A DNA stretch of 64,000 nt from Christensenellaceae bacterium (GTDB taxonomy: Bacteria; Bacillota; Clostridia; Christensenellales; Borkfalkiaceae): contig JAZUCS010000011.1 of the NCBI GenBank assembly GCA_045639245.1, positions 4,380-68,379 on the forward strand, written 5' to 3'. This document shows positions 9,099 through 19,900 of this stretch, piece by piece; the stretch's first letter is position 1; each line of letters starts with the position of its first letter. The notes beneath the pieces are model-generated. The model ran no database searches. It was not told the origin of the DNA and worked only from the letters and a program-made list of their open reading frames with translations. Made by a program: the position numbers and the translations under genes.

Positions 9099-10162
9099 TG
9101 GACGTTTCAAGACTGGATAAAAATCTAGCACAAGAAAGTGGTTGTCTAGAAGACGGATACAAGGCGTACACTCTGCCTTGTGAGCCGATTGATTTATATG
9201 GTGTAGAGTTCAATAAGGAATTAGGCTTTTTTCAAAGAATGCCTTACGATATTGCTAAGCAGGTTAGCTATTGCGTGGAGGTTTTAAGCTCTACTACGGC
9301 AGGTGGAAGAGCGAGGTTTAAGACAGATGCCAAATCTATGGTGATTTCTGTTAAATATAGATATCTAGCACATATGAACAATATGCCCAGAATCGGTTCT
9401 AGTGGTTTTACCCTAATGGAAATTGTCGACGGAAAGTATTGGCGTGCAGGTAAGGTTTTTCCAACAATCAAAGATGAAAAGGGTTTCACGGGCAAGATGG
9501 GCTTAGAAGGGGAAGGCTTGAGAGAATATATACTTTTCTTCCCATTATATAATGACTATATCGAAGAAATTACGCTTGGTTTTAATGAAGGCTCTATAGT
9601 AGAAGGTGGAAGCAAGTATAAATTTGATTTACCTATTCTCTATTACGGCTCATCGATAACGCAAGGGGCAGCAGCATCGAGAAGTGATAACTGTTATCAA
9701 GCGTATATTTCCGAGTGGAATAACGTGGACTATCTTAACCTAGGTTTTTCGGGAAGTGCAAAGGCAGAAGATGTTATGCTTGACTATTTAAAAACTGTAA
9801 AATCAAAAGTTTACGTTTTAGATTACGACCATAATGCGCCAAACCCTGAGCATTTGAGAAAAACGCACTATAAAGCGTATAAAACTTATAGAGACGCAAA
9901 TCCTGATACGCCAATAATAATGATGAGCAAGCCTGACTTTTCAAGGTGGTGCACGACGGAGAGGATTAGAATAATTAAAAACACCTATGAAAGGGCATTA
10001 AAAGAGGGGGATAAAAACGTATACTTTATTGACGGGAGAAGGTTTTTCGGCAAGGTGGACAGGGAACACTGCACTGCTGACGGATGCCACCCCAACGATT
10101 TAGGATTTTACCGTATGGCTAAAGTGTTAAACAAGGTTATTGCACCATTGTTACAAGAATAG
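9098..10162 (+). CDS. SGNH/GDSL-type esterase with N-terminal GxDLY-type domain
   Basis: 354 aa. Contains PIDLYG in the N-terminal domain, block I YYGSSITQG and block V DGCHPND. The ATG overlaps the upstream stop (TAATG). Confidence 0.75.
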   Translation: MDVSRLDKNLAQESGCLEDGYKAYTLPCEPIDLYGVEFNKELGFFQRMPYDIAKQVSYCVEVLSSTTAGGRARFKTDAKSMVISVKYRYLAHMNNMPRIGSSGFTLMEIVDGKYWRAGKVFPTIKDEKGFTGKMGLEGEGLREYILFFPLYNDYIEEITLGFNEGSIVEGGSKYKFDLPILYYGSSITQGAAASRSDNCYQAYISEWNNVDYLNLGFSGSAKAEDVMLDYLKTVKSKVYVLDYDHNAPNPEHLRKTHYKAYKTYRDANPDTPIIMMSKPDFSRWCTTERIRIIKNTYERALKEGDKNVYFIDGRRFFGKVDREHCTADGCHPNDLGFYRMAKVLNKVIAPLLQE

Positions 10163-10176
10163 AATGAGGAGAAAAT

Positions 10177-11478
10177 ATGATTAACGTTAGAGATTTTTTA
10201 GATGCAAATGAAAAACTTGCAACCAAAGCTTTTCAAAAGGCAATAGATTTAGGCTCGGAAAGGGGTGGTGAATGTGTTTACGTTCCTTTTGGCGAATACA
10301 AGCTTTCAACGGTAGTGTTGAAGAGTAATACGAACCTTGTGTTCGAAGACGGGGTAAAGATAATTTCAGCTGATTCATTCAGCGATTTTCTTCCCGATGA
10401 AGAGCCTACTTTTAAGAGATATCAAGACCATTCGCATAGTAGCTACACCTGTTCAATGTTTTTTGCAGATAACGCAGAAAATATAAGCGTAAAAGGTGGG
10501 GCAACTATTGATATGCTCGGAATGTGGGATGAGGAAAATAAACGTAGTCCTTTCGGTGACGGATATCATAGAGGAGTTAAGCCGTTTGCTTTGAGAAACG
10601 TAAATAATTTAAGAATTGAGGGTTTAACTATTGTTAGGGCGACCGACCTTTCCGTTCTTTTAGGCGCTTGTAAGGACGTGTTTATTTCTAAAATGTATAT
10701 ACATTCGCACGTTGACGGAATTTCTCCCGACGGATGTGAGGACGTAGTAATTTCCGATTGTATAATTAAAACGGGTGACGATGCGCTCGTATTTAAGACT
10801 TCAATGTTTGATGGGCAGAAGCACGCCTGCCAGAGAATTTCCGTTAACAACTGCGTTGTAAGTAGTAGAGCAAACGCCATTAAGTTTGGAACGGAGAGCG
10901 TAGGGGACTTTAAGTACGTAAATATCAGCAACTGTGTAGTGCTTAACACCGAGCATTCTGGTATTGCAATCGAGAGTGCAGACGGTGGAAATATTTACGG
11001 TATAAATATTTCAAACATCACTATGTGCAACGTTGCAAATCCAATTTTTATTTATACCTGTGAGAGACTTCGTGCTCCCGAGGGTGCAACTCAAGGCGAA
11101 ATTAGAGATATTAACATTTCTAATATCTATGCCGACGTGCACGATGAAAAGTTTAAGAGTATCGACAGTTGGTATCCAGACATTAAGGAAGGCAGTGATT
11201 ATGGCAGGAATAAATCCTATCCCTCTATGATATACAGTACTAGTGCTGAGAAGAAAATTAAGAATGTCTCTTTAAACAATATAAATATAAAGGTGCTTGG
11301 TGGAGGCAAGCTTACCGACGAAGTGGTGTTTGCTGCGCCCACTAGATATCCAGAGTGCAGTAACTTCAAGTTGCCTTGTTACGGAATGTACGTTAAGAAT
11401 GCTGAAAACCTAAAAATAAACGGCTTAACCATAGAGACCGTTTATCCCGACGAAAGACCTAACGTTATAGAAGAATAA
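10177..11478 (+). CDS. GH28-like right-handed beta-helix glycosidase (polygalacturonase-related), cytoplasmic
   Basis: 433 aa, no signal peptide. Shows HVDGISPDG, KTGDDALVFKT and ANAIKFGTES in the order expected for GH28 NTDG / GDD / RIK-type coils. The GHG motif is not canonical. Confidence 0.6.
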   Translation: MINVRDFLDANEKLATKAFQKAIDLGSERGGECVYVPFGEYKLSTVVLKSNTNLVFEDGVKIISADSFSDFLPDEEPTFKRYQDHSHSSYTCSMFFADNAENISVKGGATIDMLGMWDEENKRSPFGDGYHRGVKPFALRNVNNLRIEGLTIVRATDLSVLLGACKDVFISKMYIHSHVDGISPDGCEDVVISDCIIKTGDDALVFKTSMFDGQKHACQRISVNNCVVSSRANAIKFGTESVGDFKYVNISNCVVLNTEHSGIAIESADGGNIYGINISNITMCNVANPIFIYTCERLRAPEGATQGEIRDINISNIYADVHDEKFKSIDSWYPDIKEGSDYGRNKSYPSMIYSTSAEKKIKNVSLNNINIKVLGGGKLTDEVVFAAPTRYPECSNFKLPCYGMYVKNAENLKINGLTIETVYPDERPNVIEE

Positions 11479-11524
11479 AGGTTACTAAGTAGGGAATAAA
11501 TTGATAAGGGAAAAATTTTAATAA

Positions 11525-12376
11525 ATGGCAAAATTATTTAATCAAAAGAGGGTAAACATATATAATCCTACAAACACTTTTAAGGGATTGAATTGTATAG
11601 ACGCAGGATATTTTGAATACACGCCAGGGGACAAAGTGGAAAAGACTTCAAAGATAACCAAATTATACTACACGATGGTGGTGGTTGTTGAGGGTGATGG
11701 CGTACTCACGTTTAACGATAAAATGGTAAACGTAAAAAATGGCAATGTTTTGTTTGTTCCACCCTGTACGGGATATAGCAACAATACCGGCAGAGAAAAC
11801 GTATATAGGTATTTTTGGCTGAGTTTCGAAGGTGAGGATATTGAAAATTACCTAAGTGCAAAAAGCTTTTACGTCGAGGGGGAGCCTATAGCTTCTCCTA
11901 GCGTGGATAAGGTCTATCTTGCGTTAACCAAGTTCTTACTAGAGAATAACCAAGAAACTGTTACGGAAGAAAAGTTTAATCATCTATTCTTTGAAACGCT
12001 TGAATATTTAACTATGCGCTGGACGGAGAAAAAGAATGAGGATGATTACATTGATAAGATTATATTATTGATAAACGATAATTATGAAAATTCATCTTTT
12101 AACATAAAGTCAATATCAGAAAGCATGCACCTATCACATTCTTGGCTTTGTGCGCTTTTTAAGAAAAAAATGAAAGTGACGATGCAACAGTGGTTAATAA
12201 ACGTAAGGCTAGATAAAGCGAGAGAGCTCGTGGTGGATTCCGATATATCCGTTAGTACGATAGCTTTTTTGTGTGGCTTTAACGATGCGCTTTATTTTTC
12301 CACTTCCTTTAAGAGGGCGTTTGGAAGTTCACCAACTTGTTACAGATTAACACATAAAAGTACACCAAAAGTTTAA
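11525..12376 (+). CDS. AraC/XylS-family transcriptional regulator
   Basis: 283 aa. Cupin-like N-terminal half and a C-terminal double HTH (ISESMHLSHSWLCALFKK ... IAFLCGFNDALYFSTSFKRAFGSSP). Confidence 0.85.
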   Translation: MAKLFNQKRVNIYNPTNTFKGLNCIDAGYFEYTPGDKVEKTSKITKLYYTMVVVVEGDGVLTFNDKMVNVKNGNVLFVPPCTGYSNNTGRENVYRYFWLSFEGEDIENYLSAKSFYVEGEPIASPSVDKVYLALTKFLLENNQETVTEEKFNHLFFETLEYLTMRWTEKKNEDDYIDKIILLINDNYENSSFNIKSISESMHLSHSWLCALFKKKMKVTMQQWLINVRLDKARELVVDSDISVSTIAFLCGFNDALYFSTSFKRAFGSSPTCYRLTHKSTPKV

Positions 12377-12532
12377 TAAAATGGTGTAAAACGTGCCGTT
12401 TAGCACAAACAGTGCTGTAATTTTGGTAATTGTTTTACATAGATTGGGCAAGTTAACTATAAAAATTAATAGCAAAAAGTAAAAAAACACATATATTGAA
12501 TAAATAAATACATGTACAAAATTGCGTTTTTT

Positions 12533-12541
12533 TGATATAAT
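12533..12541 (+). promoter_or_regulatory. Candidate extended -10 promoter element (TGaTATAAT) upstream of the SBP gene
   Basis: TG at 12533-12534 and TATAAT at 12536-12541 lie in the 210-nt AT-rich gap after araC. The RBS AAAGGAGAA precedes the ATG at 12587. No clear -35 was found. Confidence 0.4.
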
Positions 12542-12586
12542 GCAAAAAAATGTTTTATTATAACAAAATTTGTTAAAGGAGAAAAC

Positions 12587-14533
12587 ATGAAAAAATTTAT
12601 CTCATTTTTGATGTGCGCATTTTTATGCGTAGGTGCATGTAGTTCTCTTATCGCCTGCGGTGGCGAGACGATGGACTACGGTAACAAGGTTGTTATCCAA
12701 TATGCAATCGGTGACGGTGGCTTTGGTAGAGCGCATGCTGACGACCTTGCTGCAAGATTTATGGAAAAGTATGGCGACAAAAAATACGGCGACAAAGAAG
12801 GCGTTGTAGTAGAAGTTGTTGTACAGGGTACTACCAGTATCGCAAGTGCTGAAACCAACGGTATTCACGTTACCAACGTTTCTACAGAAGGCGTTCAGTT
12901 AGCTTCTTCCGTTCGTGAAGGACATCTTGCTAACGTTAACGACGTTGTTACTGGCGATTTAGAGCAGATTGACGGCCAAATGGTATCTATCGAAGATAAG
13001 ATTCCTGAGTATGCTCGTGGTATGTATCAAGGTGACCCTGTTAACGGTGTAAGAAATTATTACGCTGTTCCTGGTTATTCTTATTCGCCAGGTCTTACTC
13101 TTGACCACAACTCTTTCGACAAATACGGTTACTTCTTAGCTAATGAAGATGGTGATAACGTAGAGTTTACGTCTCCACTTACTAAGAAGACCTATTACTT
13201 CACCGTGCCTACCGATAGTGGTAATGATGAGGCTACCAATAAGACTCCTGGTCCCGATATGGTATCTGGCACGCAGGACGACGGAATGCCCGCAAACATG
13301 CTTGAGTTTGTTGCGCTTTGCGAAAAGATTAAGTCAGACGACAGATCTCCTTTCATTGCTGCAGGTAAATTCCCTTCATATCAGAAGATGTTTGCTCAAG
13401 CTTTCTTCATTAACCTTTTAGGTAAACAGCAGTTAGAAACTTGGCTTAACTTTGACGGTGGCGATTTTGAAATCGTTACTGGTTACACCAACGAACCCTT
13501 GTTCCCTGGTTTAGACCCCAAGGTTGCTAAAATCTATAAGCCTATTACCAAGAAAGTTAAATTAACTGAAGAAAACGGTTTCTATTCTACTTGGTCTGCT
13601 GCAGAATACTATACGGTTGCATTTACTCAGCTTGCTTGCTTACAGCAGTGGTTCCACGACGGTACTACTACCGATACTTACACCCAAAACGATGCAATAC
13701 TTGATTTCTTAGTAAATGCATACGATACACAGCTTCCTTCTGCAAAACAACCTTTAATGCTTGTTGAAATGAACTTCTGGCAGGCAGAAGCTAAAAAGGC
13801 TGAAATTTACAACCTTTACGATGATTTATATAATCAAGACGGTCACGAGCCTAGAAGACTTACTTGGATGAGCCTTCCACGCTCATTCGACGGATATTTC
13901 ACCGAAGATGAAGTTGAAGAGGGATTGGCTCGTCAGGTACTTTACACTACCAACGCTAACGGTTTAGGTATTGCTAAATACGTTGAAGAAGACCCTGCTC
14001 TTTTCGAAGCTTGTAAAGACCTTTTGAGATTCTATTGTACCGACAATCAGATGAATAGATGGACCAAACAGATTGGTATCACTAAGACTTTAGATTACAA
14101 AATTTCTGATGAAACTCTTCTTGAGTTAAAAGAAGAATCTTGGTATGCTTGGAAGCTTTCTGAACTTGGAAACACCAATATGGATAACGTATATCAATAT
14201 GCAGAAAACGATACCTTTAAGAACAACTATCTTGACTACAGATGTGGCTACCACGGTTGTCCTTTATCAGTAACGCTTGACGGTTCAGAGCGTGGTTCAA
14301 TCACAGCATACTTCTTAAATCTTAAGAACAGCCCTGAGAATAATACTACTGCTAAGAGATGGTTTGAAGCTGGCATGATTTATCCCGAACAGTGGGTAGG
14401 TAAATACTATGGTAAATTTAGTAAGGAAGAAGGTTGGAAGGATTTAACTGATGCGCAGAAAGCTGCAAAATTTCCTTATTCTCTTGACGAGAACGAGCAG
14501 CCTATCGTATTCAACAAGGATATTCCTGCTTAA
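12587..14533 (+). CDS. Extracellular solute-binding lipoprotein of a carbohydrate ABC importer (unusually large)
   Basis: 648 aa. Signal peptide with lipobox (SLIACGG). Immediately upstream of two CUT1-type permease genes. Confidence 0.8.
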   Translation: MKKFISFLMCAFLCVGACSSLIACGGETMDYGNKVVIQYAIGDGGFGRAHADDLAARFMEKYGDKKYGDKEGVVVEVVVQGTTSIASAETNGIHVTNVSTEGVQLASSVREGHLANVNDVVTGDLEQIDGQMVSIEDKIPEYARGMYQGDPVNGVRNYYAVPGYSYSPGLTLDHNSFDKYGYFLANEDGDNVEFTSPLTKKTYYFTVPTDSGNDEATNKTPGPDMVSGTQDDGMPANMLEFVALCEKIKSDDRSPFIAAGKFPSYQKMFAQAFFINLLGKQQLETWLNFDGGDFEIVTGYTNEPLFPGLDPKVAKIYKPITKKVKLTEENGFYSTWSAAEYYTVAFTQLACLQQWFHDGTTTDTYTQNDAILDFLVNAYDTQLPSAKQPLMLVEMNFWQAEAKKAEIYNLYDDLYNQDGHEPRRLTWMSLPRSFDGYFTEDEVEEGLARQVLYTTNANGLGIAKYVEEDPALFEACKDLLRFYCTDNQMNRWTKQIGITKTLDYKISDETLLELKEESWYAWKLSELGNTNMDNVYQYAENDTFKNNYLDYRCGYHGCPLSVTLDGSERGSITAYFLNLKNSPENNTTAKRWFEAGMIYPEQWVGKYYGKFSKEEGWKDLTDAQKAAKFPYSLDENEQPIVFNKDIPA

Positions 14534-14553
14534 TAAATAAAAAGTAGCTTAGA

Positions 14554-14590
14554 AGACTGTTATATATAATGTTTTATATTATAACAGTCT
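14554..14590 (+). terminator. Stem-loop (11-bp arms AGACTGTTATA / TATAACAGTCT) after the SBP gene; partial terminator or mRNA stabiliser
   Basis: Perfect 11-bp inverted repeat, 14554-14564 with 14580-14590, starting 21 nt after the SBP stop. Confidence 0.5.
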
Positions 14591-14644
14591 ATAAGCATAT
14601 AAAAATTATTTTACTAGAAGCATTTTTACTAATTTTTGGACTAT

Positions 14645-14686
14645 AGTATGTATTCCGTAGTTGTAAGAATTACGGAATAACATACT
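14645..14686 (+). terminator. Second long stem-loop in the SBP-permease spacer
   Basis: AGTATGTATTCCGTA (14645-14659) pairs with TACGGAATAACATACT (14671-14686), about 15 bp with one bulged nucleotide. Followed by an A/T-rich stretch. Confidence 0.5.
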
Positions 14687-14718
14687 GTAATAAACTATTT
14701 TTAATGGTGGTTAAAATT

Positions 14719-15729
14719 ATGGATGAACAGATTTTACAAAACGAAGAACAATTCGTTGAAGAATCGGAAAATCTCATAAATGAAAGCCCAGAGGAGGGAA
14801 CACCTAAAAAACCTCCGATGAAGCGTGAAACTAAGAGAATAATCTTCTATACTCTTATGATGATTTTCCCAATGGCACAATTCTTATTGTTCTACGTTTA
14901 CATTAACTTCAGTGAGATTATGTTGGCATTCCAGCTTTATGCAATCGACCCAAATGATGCTGAGAATTATATTATCACGTTTTCTACAGTAAACTTTGAA
15001 TTCGTGTTTAACTTCTTGTTCCAAGTGAAAAATATTCCACTTGTGACAAACTCAGTTATCTATTACGTTTTGCATACTGCAGTTGGTACTACGCTTGCGC
15101 TTGCATTCTCATACTATATTTACAAAAAATACTTCTTATCGGAGCTCTTCCGTGTAATTTTGTTCTTGCCACAGGTAATTTCTGGCTTGGTTCTTTCCTT
15201 GCTGTTCAATTACATTGTTACAGACGTTTATAAGGAGTTGACGGGTGCCCCGTACGGTTTAATGTCGCCCAACTCAGATATGGTGTTTGGAACCTTGATT
15301 ATTTATAACTTGTGGCTTGGCTTTGGTACGAATATCTTACTGTATTCTGGCGCGATGAGCGGTATTAACGATTCAATTGTTGAATCTGCTCATCTTGATG
15401 GTGTAACGGTTCTTTCTGAGTTCTTTTACATTACCTTCCCGATGATATTTTCGACTTTCTCGACCTTTATTATCACGGGTGTATCAGGTATATTTACTCA
15501 GCAACTACACTTGTTCGCTTTCTTTGGACTCGAAGCTCCCCAGGCAGTTAGAACACTCGGTTACTACATATACATTTCAACGCTTAGGTCTGGCGTAGTT
15601 AAGCCTGACGACAAATTCTTTAGCTTTGGTGAACTTTCGGCTTTAGGTTTAACTATTACTCTTGTTGTATTGCCGATTACCTTTGGTGTAAGGTCCTTGC
15701 TTGAAAAGCTCGGTCCTACTACTGAATAG
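14719..15729 (+). CDS. ABC sugar transporter permease (MalF/LplB-like)
   Basis: Six or more hydrophobic helices after an acidic N-terminal tail. The ATG at 14719 is preferred (GGTGG 8 nt upstream); 14704 is an alternative start. Confidence 0.85.
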   Translation: MDEQILQNEEQFVEESENLINESPEEGTPKKPPMKRETKRIIFYTLMMIFPMAQFLLFYVYINFSEIMLAFQLYAIDPNDAENYIITFSTVNFEFVFNFLFQVKNIPLVTNSVIYYVLHTAVGTTLALAFSYYIYKKYFLSELFRVILFLPQVISGLVLSLLFNYIVTDVYKELTGAPYGLMSPNSDMVFGTLIIYNLWLGFGTNILLYSGAMSGINDSIVESAHLDGVTVLSEFFYITFPMIFSTFSTFIITGVSGIFTQQLHLFAFFGLEAPQAVRTLGYYIYISTLRSGVVKPDDKFFSFGELSALGLTITLVVLPITFGVRSLLEKLGPTTE

Positions 15730-15743
15730 AGGAGGGGATAAAA

Positions 15744-16778
15744 ATGTCTGAAAACGTTCAAAATGTTGAAGCTGTAGAAGTTGAAAATACTTCTCCAGTA
15801 AAGAAACAGATTAAAAAAGATAAAAAGAAAATTGTATTAAACCCATACTCTATAATCGTAGGAATTGCGCTTATAATCTACACGATATCATTTGTCGTAC
15901 CCTTGCTTTGGGGCTTTATGACTTCGCTAAAGTCATTCACGCAGTTTAAGGTAGATAAAGTTGGCTTGCCAAATATGCAGTTCTGGGCTAGTGACCCTTA
16001 TTATAAAAACAACATATTCGGCAACTATTTGACTGCGTTCAAGTATATGGTTGATATCCCATTCAAGTCTCAGTACATTGTTGGTTTGTTTAATAAGGAA
16101 CTTATCAAGGCGTCTGTTGAAGTTGGCATATTAGAATGTACTATTAATACTTTCTTATATGCGTTAGGTTCTTCTATTACTTTCCTTATCGTAACTATAT
16201 TTGTTGGTTATCTTTGCGCTAAATATAAGTACAAATTCTCTAACTTTGTTTACGGTATAGTTATCTTCTGTATGGTTATGCCACTTACAAACACTCAGCC
16301 TGCAATGATTGAGTTGTTGCGTAAGTTAAGAATCTTTAACACCCACCCCTCAATGTGGTTAACTGGTGCATCGTTTAGGTCAATGTACTTCCTTATTTTC
16401 TACGGATTCTTTAAGGATTTACCTGACACCTATAACGAAGCAGCTGAAATTGACGGTGCTTCACAGTTTGCAACTATGCTTAGAATTTGTATTCCTCTTT
16501 CTGCTAAGATGATTACAACTATTCTTCTTATTCAGTTCGTTGCATCGTGGAACAACTACTCCGTTCCTATGATTTACTTGCCAACTAAGCCCACTTTAGC
16601 ATCCTTTATTTACACCCTTGCTGGTAACAATACTGGTTATGCAACTTCTGGTGCATTTAACTGGGTACCAATTAAGGTTGCTTGCTTAATGTGTTTGGCA
16701 TTACCTATCTTAATTTTATTCGTGTTCTTAAAAGACAAATTAATGGGTAACATATCCATTGGTGGTATTAAAGAATAA
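15744..16778 (+). CDS. ABC sugar transporter permease (MalG/LplC-like)
   Basis: 344 aa. EAA-type loop EAAEIDGASQFATMLRICIPL, multiple TM helices, RBS GAGGAGG. Confidence 0.85.
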   Translation: MSENVQNVEAVEVENTSPVKKQIKKDKKKIVLNPYSIIVGIALIIYTISFVVPLLWGFMTSLKSFTQFKVDKVGLPNMQFWASDPYYKNNIFGNYLTAFKYMVDIPFKSQYIVGLFNKELIKASVEVGILECTINTFLYALGSSITFLIVTIFVGYLCAKYKYKFSNFVYGIVIFCMVMPLTNTQPAMIELLRKLRIFNTHPSMWLTGASFRSMYFLIFYGFFKDLPDTYNEAAEIDGASQFATMLRICIPLSAKMITTILLIQFVASWNNYSVPMIYLPTKPTLASFIYTLAGNNTGYATSGAFNWVPIKVACLMCLALPILILFVFLKDKLMGNISIGGIKE

Positions 16779-16932
16779 TAGAATTATTTGCAAATTTACT
16801 TACAACTTTTCTTGCTAGTTTTCGTATTTTTTTCGTAAAATTAGCAAGATTAGTGGCAAAATTTATGTAAAAACTAAAGCGATATATATACATTAATATA
16901 TACGTTTAAAAAAAATATAAAGGAGAAAAAAG

Positions 16933-19900
16933 ATGAAGTTGAGAAAAACCCTTTTGCTTGTTCTATCGCTCGTTTTAATGGTGTGCCTTTCGGCAATTAC
17001 CGTGTTCACGGCGACAGCTAACGACAAAGTCGTTTTCAACGCATCGGATGTTAAATCGGAAATCGAGATTAAGGAAAGCTATTCCATTAATCAAGAGATT
17101 ATGTTTCCTTCCTCAATCACTGTTGAATATAAGGGCAGTGAATATCAGGCAGGCAACGGTTTGATTTATTATCCGAATGGTGCATGCTACACGCTTTCTG
17201 CCCACGCGCTTAACCAGGCTGGTAACTACTATCTTGAATATTTCTTTGAAGCTGACGGTGGTGTTAACGTAACTGCTGTCATCAACTTTAAGGTTGTTAA
17301 CAGTCGTTACAGCTTTGCTAAAGAAGGTGGAAAGGTTACTGAGTATGCAACAGGTATTGGTTCAGGTATAACCTCAGAAAACCACGAAGATGATATTTAT
17401 ACGCAGACAATCGGTGGTTTAAAGGTTGATATTAACGAAGGTAATACCTTTAATATCAACGTACCAATTGACCTTAGAAATATTGACAACTCTATCCACA
17501 ATTCTAGTAACGTTGCTCAATACTCTGTAGTTGGTGGTCACTATTCTTATCCTGAACTTCCAGAGTTCTTCCAATTAGGTGTAGATATGTACTCCTACGG
17601 CAACCTTGATGAAAAAGGAGAGTTTGTAGAAGATGCTACTTCTCTTGTTACGGGATTCTTTGCTGGAACCAGTTCTGCTACCTTTACTCTTAAAGAGGGC
17701 TTTGTAGACCCCGGCTTAAAGTTCCAGGTTTATGGTTACAACAAAGGTAAAGCTTTAGTTGGTAAATTCCAGAATATTGAAGGCGGTTATGATTTTGATT
17801 TTAATTGCCTAAATAATAAGGGGAGTGCTGTTGATTTTTCACTTAGCTATGCGTCAGGTTTAATAGCTGAGAATGAAGATGGAAGCTATAAAAAAGGTGA
17901 AGATGGAAAAGATTTAAAGCCTAACGCAGATATTAAAATTAACTACGTTAGAATAGTTTTTGAATACAAGGATGGCCGTAATATCACCGAACAGGATAGA
18001 GCTACTATTGCAGATGCTATCCAAACTAAAAAGACTGTATTTAACAGCTATGCAGGTATGTCTATTATGAGATTTACCGACGCATACGACCCTTCTATTT
18101 ACGTTGAGGTTATGATTGATACTTCTGGTGCTTCTTACTGGCAGAGAGCACGTACTAACCACCAAGAAGATAGAGGTTTCCGTGGCCCCTATGGTGATGA
18201 TTTAACTGAATCAACTGTTAAGAGAACTATATCCTTTGTTGACGAAAATAAATATTTGGCATACAGGGGTGAATACGGTAAAGTTTGTCAAAGCTATAGT
18301 CAGACCAAATCTCGTTTTGGTGAAAGAGTTTCCTTCAATATTGAAAATAACAGAGTATATAGTGAACCTATTAGTAATAAGGGTGTACCTGTTAATACTG
18401 CTCCCGAGAAAGACCTTCTCTGCGACTTCAATAACGACGCTGTTTACGAAGGCAACCACTTCCAGGGCTTTACTACGGGTGAAGTTTACGTTTCGTTCTA
18501 TTTTGAAACTTATACACAAACTTCTTCTCAAATCATTATCCACAGTATAGGTGGATATGACCTTGAAGATTTACTCGCTTGGGATGAAGGAGAGTATGTA
18601 GACGAATCTGCTCCTACCTTTGAAACTGATTATGAAAGCACCGATGGTTTCGGTTCTTACGCTTCAGTAGGCGACACTGTTAAAATTCCCGAAGTTAAAT
18701 CTTGGGACGTTAATGCTGTTGGCGATATGGCTGTAAACGTATATCGTAACTATAAGTCAGCTGATAAGGTTAAAGTAAACGTTAAGAACAACTCTTTCGT
18801 TGTTAATGCAGTTGACGTTTATACGATTGAATATTCTCAAAAGGACGCTTACGGTAACGTTGGTTACTACACTATCGACGTTGTTGGTGTGAACGACGGT
18901 AAAGGGGAAAGTATTATTCTAGATACCGAAAAATTTACCTCGGTTAAAGCTGGTTCAACCGTTCAGCTTCCTGAATATACCGTAACATCTTTAAATAATC
19001 TTGATGCATTCAAGCTTAAGATTACTGCTAAGCACGAAAAAGAAACTATCGAAGTTGATACCGATACTATGAGCTTTGTTCCCATGTATGCTGGTACCTA
19101 TACTTTAGTTTACGAATGTGCTGATAACCTTGGTACTTACACTTTAGAATACACATTTGAATCTACTTCTAACGATTCAGAAGTTGTTTATAGAGAAGTT
19201 CCAAATCTTCCCAGATACTTTATAAAAGGTCAAAAATATTCCATCGACCAAGCATTCGGATATAAGTTTAATTCTGGCGCTCCAGTTGCTGAAGACGCTG
19301 ACATGTATGCTGTATTCGATAAGGGTGATAGAGTAAAAATTGCTGACCCATTATATACTGAAATTACCGGCAATAACGAAGTTTACTTCGTATATAAAAT
19401 AGGCGAGGAAGAGTTCATTACTCAAACTGTTCCTATTGTTGACGTAACCTACTATGATGGTGGCGTTGCTTCCGGTATTGATATGTACAAATACTTTGTT
19501 GGTAACTACACCTACAACGATTTGAAGGCTGATGGTAGTGGTAAGCGTGAAGCTAATATCGTTTACAATCCTATCGCGGGTGAAAATGAAATGAACTTAA
19601 GCTTCATTAGCCACATTAACTACACCAACTTCTACTTCAGATATCGTGTATTAAGCGAAAATTCTAACTTCAATAGATTTGCAGTTAAAATCGTAGGCGT
19701 TCAAAATCCAAAACAACAAGTATTTATTGAACTTATTAGAACTAAGGTTGCTGGTGCAACTGAAGGTGAACTTGTTGACCTCGTGTCACTCTATATGAAC
19801 GGCGAGTTCCATTCTACTCTCGACGGTTACGTATGGGGTAGTTCAAGCTATAACACTATCTCTTACACTAAGAATACCAACACTATCAATATTGCTACTA

